Assembly: GCA_965178125.1 (NCBI GenBank)
Contig: OZ237753.1
Coordinates: forward strand, 1 to 64,000
Direction: 5' to 3'
From: Bilabrum cf. latius
Lineage: Eukaryota
Length of the DNA stretch: 64,000 bases
Made by a program: the position numbers and the translations under genes. Every line of letters starts with the position of its first letter. The stretch's first letter is position 1. A model generated the notes under the pieces. The model was not told the origin of the DNA. It did not search any database and saw only the letters and a list, made by a program, of their open reading frames with translations. This document shows positions 1 through 10,832 of this stretch, piece by piece.

Positions 1-490
1 ACCCTAACCCCTAACCCTACCCTAACCCTAACCCTAACCCTAACCCTAACCCTAACCCTAACCCTAACCCTAACCTAACCCTAACACCTAACCCCTAACC
101 CTAACCCTAACCCTAACCCTACCTAACCCAACCCTAACCCTAACCCTAACCCTAACCCTAACCCTAACCCTAACCCTAACCCTAACCCTAACCCTAACCC
201 TAACCCTACCCTAACCCTAACCCTAACCCTAACCCTAAACCTAACCCCTAACCCTAACCCTAACCTAACCCTAACCCTAACCTCCTAACCCTAACCCTAA
301 CCCTAACCCTACCCTAACCCTAACCCTAACCCTAACCCTAACCCTAACCAACCCTAACCCTAAGAAAATATTTTTCCCCGACCCTGTCCCTGACTTTATA
401 TTAGATACCCTAACCCTAACCCTAACCTAACCCTAACCCTAACCCTAACCCTAACCTACCCTAACCCTAACCCTAACCCTAACCCTAACC
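1..490. repeat. Terminal telomeric array (CCCTAA)n, i.e. TTAGGG type, with scattered variant units and a non-telomeric insert at ~364-407
   Basis: Hexamer CCCTAA tandem repeats from base 1 with the C-rich strand on +, as expected at a left chromosome end. Irregular units may partly be low-coverage consensus errors. Confidence 0.95.
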
Positions 491-1646
491 AGGCCGTCCC
501 GATGCAGTTTGAACGGTCTTCATATCACCTGTAGTTGCCGAGATCGTAGCACGTCGTTTTTCGGTGTGAAATTCTTCATACACCCATATCGGGCGCCGCG
601 CGGCCAGAACGGAACCTGGGGAATATTTGGCCCATGTTTTGCCCTCCAGGCCGTCCCGATGCAGTTTGAACGGTCTTCATATCACCTGTAGTTGCCGAGA
701 TCGTAGCACGTCGTTTTTCGGTGTGAAATTCTTCATACACCCATATCGGCGCCGCGCGGCCAGAACGGAACCTGGGGAACATTTGGCCCATGTTTTGCCC
801 CCAGCCGTCCCGATGCAGTTTGAACGGTCTTCATATCACCTGTAGTTGCCGAGATCGTAGCACGTCGTTTTTCGGTGTGAAATTCTTCATACACCCATAT
901 CGGCGCCGCGCGGCTAGAACGGAACCTGGGGAACATTTGGCCCATGTTGTGCCCCCAGGCCGTCCGATGCAGTTTGAACGGTCTTCATATCACCTGTAGT
1001 TGCGAGATCGTAGCACGTCGTTTTTTCGGTGTGAAATTCTTCATACACCCATATCGGCGCCGCGCGGTCAGAACGGAACCTGGGGAACATTTGGCCCATG
1101 TTGTGCCCCCAGGCCGTCCCGATGCAGTTTGAACGGTCTTCATATCACCTGTAGTTGCCGAGATCGTAGCACGTCGTTTTTCGGTGTGAAATTCTTCATA
1201 CACCCATATCGGCGCCGCGCGGCCAGAACGGAACCTGGGGAACATTTGGCCATGTTGTGCCCCCAGGCCGTCCCGATGCAGTTTGAACGGTCTTCATATC
1301 ACCTGTAGTTGCCGAGATCGTAGCACGTCGTTTTTCGGTGTGAAATTCTTCATACACCCATATCGGCGCCGCGCGGCCAGAACGGAACCTGGGGAACATT
1401 TGGCCCATGTTGTGCCCCCAGGCCGTCCCGATGCAGTTTGAACGGTCTTCATATCACCTGTAGTTGCCGAGATCGTAGCACGTCGTTTTTCGGTGTGAAA
1501 TTCTTCATACACCATATCGCGCCGCGCGGCCAGAAACGGAACCTGGGGAACATTTGGCCCATGTTGTGCCCCCAGGCCGTCCCGATGCAGTTTGAACGGT
1601 CTTCATATCACCTGTAGTTGCCGAGATCGTAGCACGTCGTTTTTCG
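489..1646. repeat. Subtelomeric tandem array, ~154-bp unit, ~7.5 copies
   Basis: Unit CCAGGCCGTCCCGATGCAGTTTGAACGGTC...GGCCCATGTTGTGCCCC recurs about every 154 bp with few substitutions or indels; the last copy is truncated at ~1646. Confidence 0.95.
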
Positions 1647-1693
1647 ACAAATATTGAAGATGAAAATATTTTTCCCCGACCCTGTCCCTGACA

Positions 1694-2453
1694 CTAACCC
1701 TAACCCTAACCCTAACCCTAACCCTAACCCTAACCCTAACCCTAACCCTAACCCTAACCCTAACCCTAACCCTAACCCTAACCCTAACCCTAACCCTAAC
1801 CCTAACCCTAACCCTAACCCTAACCCTAACCCTAACCCTAACCCTAACCCTAACCCTAACCCTAACCCTAACCCTAACCCTAACCCTAACCCTAACCCTA
1901 ACCCTAACCCTAACCCTAACCCTAACCCTAACCCTAACCCTAACCCTAACCCTAACCCTAACCCTAACCCTAACCCTAACCCTAACCCTAACCCTAACCC
2001 TAACCCTAACCCTAACCCTAACCCTAACCCTAACCCTAACCCTAACCCTAACCCTAACCCTAACCCTAACCCTAACCCTAACCCTAACCCTAACCCTAAC
2101 CCTAACCCTAACCCTAACCCTAACCCTAACCCTAACCCTAACCCTAACCCTAACCCTAACCCTAACCCTAACCCTAACCCTAACCCTAACCCTAACCCTA
2201 ACCCTAACCCTAACCCTAACCCTAACCCTAACCCTAACCCTAACCCTAACCCTAACCCTAACCCTAACCCTAACCCTAACCCTAACCCTAACCCTAACCC
2301 TAACCCTAACCCTAACCCTAACCCTAACCCTAACCCTAACCCTAACCCTAACCCTAACCCTAACCCTAACCCTAACCCTAACCCTAACCCTAACCCTAAC
2401 CCTAACCCTAACCCTAACCCTAACCCTAACCCTAACCCTAACCCTAACCCTAA
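1694..2453. repeat. Internal perfect telomeric array (CCCTAA) x ~126
   Basis: Uninterrupted CCCTAA repeats preceded by the linker GAAAATATTTTTCCCCGACCCTGTCCCTGAC. Confidence 0.95.
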
Positions 2454-2454
2454 A

Positions 2455-3035
2455 CGTGTGGGGAGCGCCTTGGATACGGCCCTGGTGTCGGTGGGATGGC
2501 GGGCAGGAGCGCGGGGAGCGCCTTGGATGCGGCCCTGGTGTCGGTGGGATGGCGGGCAGGCGTGCGGGGAGCGCCTTGGATGCGGCCCTGGTGTCGGTGG
2601 GATGGCGGGCAGGCGTGCGGGGAGCGCCTTGGATACGGCCCTGGTGTCGGTGGGATGGCGGGCAGGCGTGCGGGGAGCGCCTTGGATACGGCCCTGGTGT
2701 CGGTGGGATGGCGGGCAGGAGCGCGGGGAGCGCCTTGGATGCGGCCCTGGTGTCGGTGGGATGGCGGGCAGGCGTGCGGGGAGCGCCTTGGATGCGGCCC
2801 TGGTGTCGGTGGGATGGCGGGCAGGCGTGCGGGGAGCGCCTTGGATGCGGCCCTGGTGTCGGTGGGATGGCGGGCAGGCGTGCGGGGAGCGCCTTGGATG
2901 CGGCCTTGGTGTCGGTGGGATGGCGGGCAGGCGTGCGGGGAGCGCCTTGGATGCGGCCCTGGTGTCGGTGGGATGGCGGGCAGGCGTGCGGGGAGCGCCT
3001 TGGATGCGGCCCTGGTGTCGGTGGGATGGCGGGCA
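2455..3035. repeat. Subtelomeric G-rich minisatellite, 53-bp unit, ~11 copies
   Basis: Unit CCTTGGATGCGGCCCTGGTGTCGGTGGGATGGCGGGCAGGCGTGCGGGGAGCG with GATGC/GATAC and GGCGTGC/GGAGCGC variants. Confidence 0.95.
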
Positions 3036-3205
3036 AGACGGAAATGTGAGAAAGTGATAGCACAACTGAATGGCAAGAGAGTATAAGCTCTTCTATGACC
3101 TTGCGTCTCGGCACGCTCCAAATCCAAGTCCACCAGGAGCATGCCGAACGCATGGCACTCCCACACCCACCCAAAAATCGATTGGGCATAGATCGCGAGC
3201 GTGCC

Positions 3206-4549
3206 TTACTGGTAGAAAGCGAACTCTGTGTCTGCCTTGCGAATGTTCTTTTTGTAGCCGGCATCCAGGTCCTGCGGTAGCACGACGTACCTGTTGTGCC
3301 TCACTGCCTACAGCCCCGCCTCAGCGCAGATGGCAGATATGTCCGCCGCTGAGATCTTCTCGGGCCGGTTCACGTAGTCCTCCAAGTCGACCTCGTCGCT
3401 TAGGTTCATCTTGGCGGTGCACGCCTGGAAAATGAGTCGCTTCTACCGGCGATCAGGGCGCGGGAACTCGATCTTGCGGTCCAGACGCCCAGGCCGCAGC
3501 AGTGCCGGGTCGAGCGTATCGTGACGGTTGGTGGCCATGATCACCTTGACGTTGGTGGCCTTGTCAAAGCCGTCCAGCTGCGCCAGCAGCTCGATCAAGA
3601 CTCGCTATACCTCCCTGTCCGCCCCCTGCTGCGAGTCGAACCGCTTCTGCCCGATGGCGTCCACCTCGTCAATGAACACGATGCACGGGGCCTTCTCCTT
3701 GGCCAGCCGGAACACGTCACGCACCATGCGCGGGCCCTCGCCCAGGTACTTCTGCACGAATTCGCTGCCTACCACGCGAATGAAACTGGCCGTTGTTGCG
3801 TTGGCGACTGCCTTCGCAAGCATGGTCTTCCCAGTCCCCGGAGGGCCATACATGAGCACTCCCTTGGGGGGGTCGATACCGATCTGCTCGTACAGCTCTG
3901 GGTGCTGGAGCGGCAGCTCCACAGCCTCGCGCATTTCCTATTTTTGAACATCCAAGCCCCCAATATCTTCGTAAGAAACATCTGGCTTCTCTGTCATCTG
4001 CATAGCCTGAATCGTGCTGTCTGCCTCCGGCGGCAAGATGTCAACGAGGGCATGGGAGCGGCGATGCAGCGCAACGGAGGTGTTTGGGCGGAGCTGATCC
4101 TTGTCTAGCGTTGACAAGCACCTGACGTAATAAGAGCTGCCCTGTGAACTCGTTGTCTGGACGATGCAGTGGTGCTCATCAATCATCTCCAAGAACTGCC
4201 CAATGCTCAGTGGCACTGACTGGATCTTCTTGACTTCCTCTTGGGCACGAACCAATTCCCTCTTTAGATTCTTCATTTCATCTTTAATGTACTCCTCCTG
4301 CGAAACAATTCAGGTTCCCACTTTGGATCACGTGGAGAATGAAGAGCTCTTCTTGCTTGCGTTGGGACGATTGCTTGACTATTCAAAACTCACCTGGATG
4401 TCCAGGAAGTCAAGCTGCCTTTCCGCATCCTTCAGCCTGACGTACAACTCTTTGGATGGAATCTCATCTACTGGAGCTGCTTTGTCGCTTGCGGTAGTGC
4501 TCAGCTTCGTATCAATGGTGGCGCTTTCAGATAGTCCTAAGGCCTCCAT
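3206..4549 (-). CDS. RPT3: 26S proteasome AAA-ATPase subunit Rpt3 (PSMC4)
   Basis: Exons 4549-4394 and 4297-3206, intron GTGAG...TCGCAG. Motifs [36 protein letters not shown]. In-frame TAGs at 3938, 3605, 3443, 3308 (DVQK[Q]EMRE, ADREV[Q]RVL, PDRR[Q]KRLIF). Ends EFAFYQ-TAA. Confidence 0.96.
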
Positions 4550-4760
4550 ACCGATTCTGCGATGAAAAAGGGCAACATTTTAAGCACATACATGATTGTA
4601 AATGTAGTGCATTATGTAAGGAATATCTGATACCTAATTTCGCACCCAGGCTTGAGAAAATGTGAGCGACGCCACATCTGATTTTGTGAATTGTAGCGAG
4701 TAGATAGTGTCCACAGCAAGCCGGCCTACTGGGTGCTATTTCTTGTGCACTTGAGTCAAG

Positions 4761-5565
4761 ATGGCCTCGTATGACTTCTCACTAACAACCTTCGAGAAAA
4801 CGGGCAAGCTGGCTGGGGTAGATCACGCTCTTGCAGCTGTGGCGAAAGGGCAAATGTCCCTGGGAATTCAAGGTGAGCAAGCAATCGACATGTACCGTGG
4901 CATAGCATGGGCATTGGTTTACGCAGCTATGACGAAGCATTACTCTACTATTGTAACCCTTTAATATGATTGCAGCCACAAATGGAGTTGTACTTGCATC
5001 TGAGAAGATGTTGCCCAGCAGCTTGGTGGAGACAGACAGCTTGAGCAAGATCGAGGCTCTCGGAGACAAATCAGGCGTGGCTTACGCTGGGATCAATGCA
5101 GACTTCAGGCTCTTGGTAAAGAATGGACAGAAGCAGGCGTAGACATACTTCAGGAAGTACCGGGAGGCGATCCCATCGCTGCAGCTAGTCCGAAAGCTCG
5201 CTGACGTAATGCAGGAGTACACACAGTCTGGTGGAGTGCGGCCTTTCGGGGTAAGTCTGCTTGCAGCTGGCTATGATGACGATGACGGGGCTCAGCTGTA
5301 CCAAATCGACCCATCTGGAACGTACTTCGGCTGGAAGGCCAGCGCGATCGGCCGGAACTTCAAGCAGGCCAAGAGCTTCTTGGAGAAGAGATGGAGTGAA
5401 GATTTAGAGCTCGAGGACGCGATTCATATGGCCTTGCTGACACTCAGGGAAGGTTTTGAAGGCGAGATGACTTCGGACAAGATCGAGGTGGCCGTGTGTG
5501 ACAAGGAGGGGTTCCGTGTGTTGTCAGCCGCGGACGTCGATGATTACTTGGAGGAAGCAGAGTGA
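4761..5565 (+). CDS. PSMA2: 20S proteasome subunit alpha-2
   Basis: YDFSLTTF N-terminus, intron 4873-4975, [44 protein letters not shown]. One in-frame TAG at 5140 (KQA[Q]TYF). Ends TGA. Confidence 0.95.
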
Positions 5566-5686
5566 CCGGGATCTTGACTGCGATGTTTTGAATATCTTTC
5601 GAATGCAAGCATTGAACGAGTCAGCATCACCACCGTCCGTTGCAGACAGCTCCATGCAATTGCTGCACGATCTGGATCCCTCACCG

Positions 5687-7391
5687 TCACGACTCAGTCT
5701 CGAACTCGAGTGCTTGCCACGTGTGCCCAGTGGCTTCCACGAAGGACGTGAGAGTCGTGGGGGCCATGACCGCGGTGGCTTCGTTCGTGAGCGGGTGCAC
5801 CCCCACGCTCCCGGCCTTGAGCAGGTCGGCGTCCAGCACAACGTGCATGCGCAGAGCCTCGTCGTTCACCAGGCTCAGCGGGGACACATGGCCAGCCCGC
5901 GCGCCAAGGTTGTCCAGCAGCACGTCAGCCCTAGCCATCCTAAGCTGCACCTTGCCATACCCCAGCGCCTCCTGCATGGCCTTGATGTTCACTTTCGCAT
6001 TGGACCTCACGCACACTAGCCATAGTTGCGAGTCAGCCTCCACACCGGCCCTCTTTTTCTTGGCTTTGAACACGAGGTTCTTGACCAGAGCCGCACCCAG
6101 GTGCCCCGCAGCCTTGCCCAGCTCGGCCATGTCCTTGCAGGGCGCGTGCTCGTGCACCTCCACACCCTCCCCGGGGGACACCCCGCACAGAGTCTTGAGG
6201 GCTTCGAGAGCCTTGGCGATGCTGCCGTCCTTACCCAAGTCCTCCTTGTTGCTAGCGGGCTGCTCGCTGGCGGGCTTCACCTCCAGACTGCCCAGGCCGG
6301 AGGACACGGCGGCCTTGCAGATGAAGGCAGCCTCCGGGTGCTTTGACGAGGAGGAGGAGGCACCACCAGCTGCCGGAGCAGCAGGTCCGGCCCCGGCAGT
6401 CTTGGCCTTGGTGGCTTTTTCGGCCTGTCGCTGTGTCTTGGCCTTCTTCACGCCTGAGTTCTTGGCGATGGAGGCGTCTGCCATCTTGGAGACCACACTG
6501 GGGGAGGCCCGCACGTCGATCTAGCCGCCGACACGCGCAACACCTCCGCGCAGCAGGCCAGCGCGCGAGCAGGCGTCAGCAAACGGCTACCAGCGGCGCA
6601 TCTCAGCGAACCAGCGCCGTACATTCTGCGTCTTGGCCAACACAGCGGCATGCTCAGATGGGGCAGATGCCGAGGCTTTTCCTTTTCCCCCCTTGCCATT
6701 GCCTTTACCAGTCGAAGGACCTAGGGCGGCCTCCGCCTCGAGCACCGCGTCACCGATAGATGCGGGAGGGGGCAGGGCTAGCGTGAGCACGTCGAACAGC
6801 GCAGTGGCCGCGCAGGTATCCGCTAGGGTAGGGACAGCCCCTGCCAGATAGGGAGACGACTCTAATGCTGTGTCCATAGCTTTTAATGCACGCATCATAT
6901 CTGGCATTTTACTGATCGTCATGGCTGCCTGCGAACAAAAACAGTTGTATTGCGCAGCTCGCAGATTCTGGCGTCTTGCATATGCACTGGACTAAAGGTG
7001 TTCACTCAGCCTATCTCACAGATTTCTGCGTAGATGTACCTCGCACTCCCATGTTCACAAGGGCAGCGAGCATTGGTCCATCAGATGTGAGAAACTCGCT
7101 GATTTCACCGTTCCCCACAAGCTCGTTGCGAGAAAACTCTACCCACTGGTCCACATTAGCCTTTGCAGCGAGTCCATCACCCAAAAAACTGCCAGCATTT
7201 CCCGCGGATGCAATGTAGCGGAAACCTGCGTAGGGCTTGGACAAGTCTCCAGCCGCTGTGGACATCGTGAACGCTGCGCCATCGGCGGCATTGATGTCGG
7301 CTTCAACACCTGCTACGGATGCAGCAACCATAGCAGGCACAGCCTAGGATCTAGAGCATACAACTCGAATAACACGAGCGGCCGATGCCAT
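5687..7391 (-). CDS. GST-like (eEF1B-gamma/AIMP-type) domain fused to a C-terminal YbaK/ProX (ProXp-ala/PRORSD1-like) aminoacyl-tRNA deacylase domain
   Basis: Exon 1 7391-7020 (AKANVDQWVEF), intron 7019-6929, exon 2 with GST-C-like YLAGAVPTLAD and ProX-like VKNLVFKAKK, GHVSPLSLVND, HPLTNEAT. One frame if TAGs at 7344, 6587 and 6521 are sense. Ends TGA. Confidence 0.75.
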
Positions 7392-7870
7392 ACCAGGAGC
7401 GATTGGAGTGATATTGGATGGTATTGACGAGTTGCGTCCGGCTGGCGTCTTCATCTTCATATATACGAATCTGTAAAGATTGCAGCAGCCTGAGGTGAGG
7501 ATATACCATGCAAGGATAATTGACACACTTGCATGTAAAGAACACAATACTGAATAGGCGGCTTGTCGTGGGGTCAGCCGAAAGTTCCGGCGGATGCTGA
7601 AAGTGAAGATACGGTGCCTCTCTTGAAGAATCCAGCCACCAAGGAAACGCACTGAAGCAAAATGGTGGCAAATGAGGGATTACAAAGTGGCTCGCGAATA
7701 CACTAGCTATGCCGGTAGCTACATTCTGATGCCGTTATCAGGAAAGAAGGTGTACAAGTCTACACGCCATCACGGCAAAGCTATAGACCCCCCAGGAAAT
7801 TCCATGAACGCTCTATAGCGGCAACCACCATCATGTGACTGTATCAATATCCAGATACACAACCCGCACC

Positions 7871-8494
7871 TCAGACCTGGCGGGTAAATTTCATGGTCTG
7901 CCACTTCCACGCAAGCCACACGGCGCTGAGGCCACCGCCAAGGGTGCCAACAAGCACGAAAACTGCGAGTTTGTTTGGATTGAAACAAGGGCAGTCACAG
8001 TAAGTATTGAACTAATTTTGCCCTACATACTGCATGTTGAGTACCTGTACGAAGCAGGCTGGCAGCTCAAGTGCATCCAGGCATGTGGTCCACAACAAAG
8101 AATACTGCGAGGCTGGTTCATCTCATTGCTCACGAGGGGCACCGAGGGGATCGTAGTTGTCGGCCTGCGAGAAAACCTCGTGAATTTCAAGCAGCAAAAT
8201 GCTTGTGTGGGTAATGGCTCAACTTGATGCGGTACTGATGCAAACTCATTATCAGCCCCATTCTTCGCAGTCACTGGGGGAAAAGATGGAAAACTGATGC
8301 AAAGCAGCATAGTATTACCTAACGTCAAACATGGGGTGGTCGTGGTGATCATCACCGCCCCCTCCAGCTGCTACGGCGCTCGTCCTGAAGCTGGCGACCG
8401 GAGCAGAGCGCGCTGCAGCGATTCGGCTCCCAGAGGCACGTGCCACCTGGGCGACACGCATTGATTGCATGGCAGCACGACGAGCAGCGTTCAT
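7871..8494 (-). CDS. Small putative mitochondrial single-TM protein (possibly COX7C-like); exon structure uncertain
   Basis: ATG 8494 gives the Arg/Ala/Ser-rich presequence MNAARRAAMQSMRVAQ...GGGGDDHHDHPMFD. Two CGCAG acceptors follow, and a terminal exon reads FVLVGTLGGGLSAVWLAWKWQ...-TGA. Confidence 0.4.
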
Positions 8495-8667
8495 ACTTCT
8501 TATTTTGCGCTGTATCTGTTGGTGGGATTAGCGAAAGGTTACAAATCTGATTTGTGTTTTCATCACGCAACCACATGTAAATAACGTGGACTTTGGGCCA
8601 AATCGTAAAATGGCGCTCTCTCCTAAGGCCAGGACTTGTCTGTCTGTACTCCTGGAAGCATTCAACA

Positions 8668-9482
8668 ATGGTAAGTATTTGTTTTTGGTAGTGTTCCATG
8701 CATCCCACTTGTTGCTTTATATACGTTAGTGCCACGTGTTGATGTTTCCGGGCTGCTCGCAGGCTGCGACCGCCAAGAGCGAGTTTGTGAGTCCTGGAGG
8801 CCTCGGGGGCTTGGATGCACCTCGGGTACACGCAATTATAGTTTTAGATGGAGCTGGAAAGCGTCTAGCGGGCAAGTATTATGACCCAGCGAAGTACGGA
8901 GCTGCAGGGCTGGACACGCTCAAGAAATAGACAGAATTTGAGGCGAAGCTGTACAAAAAAGCCAAGGGAGTAAGTATGGCAGATTCAGAGGTAGTCCTGC
9001 TAGAAGATCACTAGTGCGTGGTGCGGCGAGGTGACGATGTGTTTTTCATCGCTGTTGCATCCCAAGATGAGGTGAGTGTCCGCCGAGTTCAGCCAGCCCA
9101 TCCCGTACTTTATCTGGCGTGGTGTCAGCGCTTCCTTCTTCTGGTGCACCCGCGTTTATCGCAGAGTGAACTTATTGTGGCTAGCGTGGTCAATACTCTC
9201 TACGAGGCTGTGTCACAGTTGCTAAAAATGCCGACAATATCGAGGCGAGCCCTTCTGGAGCACCTCGTCTTGCTGCTGCTAGCGCTGGATGAAATTGTGG
9301 AGGGGGGTGTGGTGTTTGAGACAGACCCAGAGAATGTTGTTGATCGCGTTAAGCTGAAGGGGGCCGTACCAGAGGCGCTGAGTGCCTACGAGGAGATGAC
9401 GGTGAGCTCCATGTTCTCGTTAGCGAGGGACATGGTTGCGAAGCAGCTGGGAGGTGGAGCAGACGAGGAGCGCTACTATTGA
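8668..9482 (+). CDS. COPZ: Coatomer subunit zeta
   Basis: ATG directly followed by an intron (8671-8762); second intron 9072-9164. AIIVLDGAGKRLAGKYY, KK[Q]TEFEAKLY (TAG 8928), TAG 9012, LLALDEIVEGGVVFETDP. Ends TGA. Confidence 0.92.
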
Positions 9483-9848
9483 CTGAACATGCATCATATA
9501 CGGATTATCTTCGATCGAGACCAGAAACTTCTTTCTGACCGGTCCTTTGCGTGGACGACGCTACTGAGCAGTTTGCAGCCCCGCCGCTCCAGCAGCAATT
9601 CGCTTACCACCCGGCCTGGTACATCCGGCGCGTAACAGCCCTCCGTATCTCCTTGGATCAGGCTGGTAACGTACAGGGGCAGTCCGAAACGCACGTGAAA
9701 CGGTATGCGAGCCACCCCGTATACTGCGCTGCATGTTTGTGCCGCACTAGATTCTAGTCTATGCATCTCACCGGTGCGAGCAAACACCAGGGACTGGTGG
9801 ACATAACCAGTGCAAATGGCCAGGGTCAATAGAGCGAATGGAATGTTT

Positions 9849-10624
9849 TCACGACTGTTCACTGGCTGGCCTGCTCGCTCTTTTAGCAGCAGCGGCAGAG
9901 GCGGCATCCCGGACCGCGGTTGCATCGTCCTCGTCGTCGTCTTCGTCACCCTCACCAAAGCTGATGGTCAGCAAAGAGTCCAGAGGCAACCCTTTGCAGC
10001 TTTCTACAAACTGAGGAAATGTGATCCCGCTGCTGTTCCCGTCGCCTGGTTGCTTGCAAGAGGCAAGCGTTCGGTCGACAATCTCCCGCACTTGCGCGTC
10101 AGAGCACGCACCCTTCGTCATAGTCCTAACTGATTTGGTGAGATCTTCGCTGCTCAACGTTCCATCTCCATCATAATCAAATATTGCGAAAAGTAGGCGG
10201 TATCGTTCATCGGAATGCCGCATGTGAGGTGCGAACACCTTCAGAGTGCCAAGAAACTCCCGAAAATTCAGCATTCGCTCGGATGCATCTTCGTGAGTCG
10301 AATCTGCAGGATCCCCAGATCGAAACAAGCAGACAAATCTGCTCGCAAGCGGGTTCATACAAAGCTCTGGTATCATCATTAGGTCCTTCGCAGACACAAG
10401 TCCCGACTTCGAGCGATCCAACTTGCTGTATCGTTTCCACAAATACAGCACTGTTTTCTGTGCAACTGCGGTGAGGGTGAAGCAATTTTAATGGGGTCAT
10501 TACTCGCTGAATATGCACAGATACTAAAAAGGCCAATTGCGAGCTCCTTCAACCTACATCCGGACTCCTCCATAAGATCCGCGACTTCTTCTGGGCGCAA
10601 AGCAACGGATGAAGAACTTCCCAT
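9849..10624 (-). CDS. Calcineurin B homologous / EF-hand Ca-binding protein (CHP/CNB-like)
   Basis: MGSSSS myristoylation-type start, one intron (~10557-10466), IPELCMNPLASR, EF-hand FAIFDYDGDGTLSSEDL. Ends TGA. Confidence 0.85.
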
Positions 10625-10832
10625 TCTCGACCGCAATTGCCGTGATACTTGACGTCTGACGGTACTGTCTCGACCTGTTGGGACGAAGGGCTTGCCGTGC
10701 CGCAGCCGCTGTGGTCTGGTGTGACGAGGGCGATTGCACCAGCTGTCCGCAAACGTAAGATCGGCGATTTCGCCTCACTTCTAGCTTCTCACCCAAGCAA
10801 GGTACACCTATTCAGCAGTCTGTCATTGATTC

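Noticed and set aside
489-3035. CRISPR-like or telomeric retrotransposon interpretation of the arrays
   Set aside because: No unique spacers, no cas genes, and no reverse transcriptase or endonuclease ORF.
509-3264. Long ORFs over the telomere and satellites (poly-RV, poly-LG, poly-NP etc.)
   Set aside because: Artefacts of translating tandem repeats.
7664-7672. PACE-like motif GGTGGCAAA
   Set aside because: Not upstream of the proteasome genes; the Rpn4 system is fungal; a single 9-mer is expected by chance.
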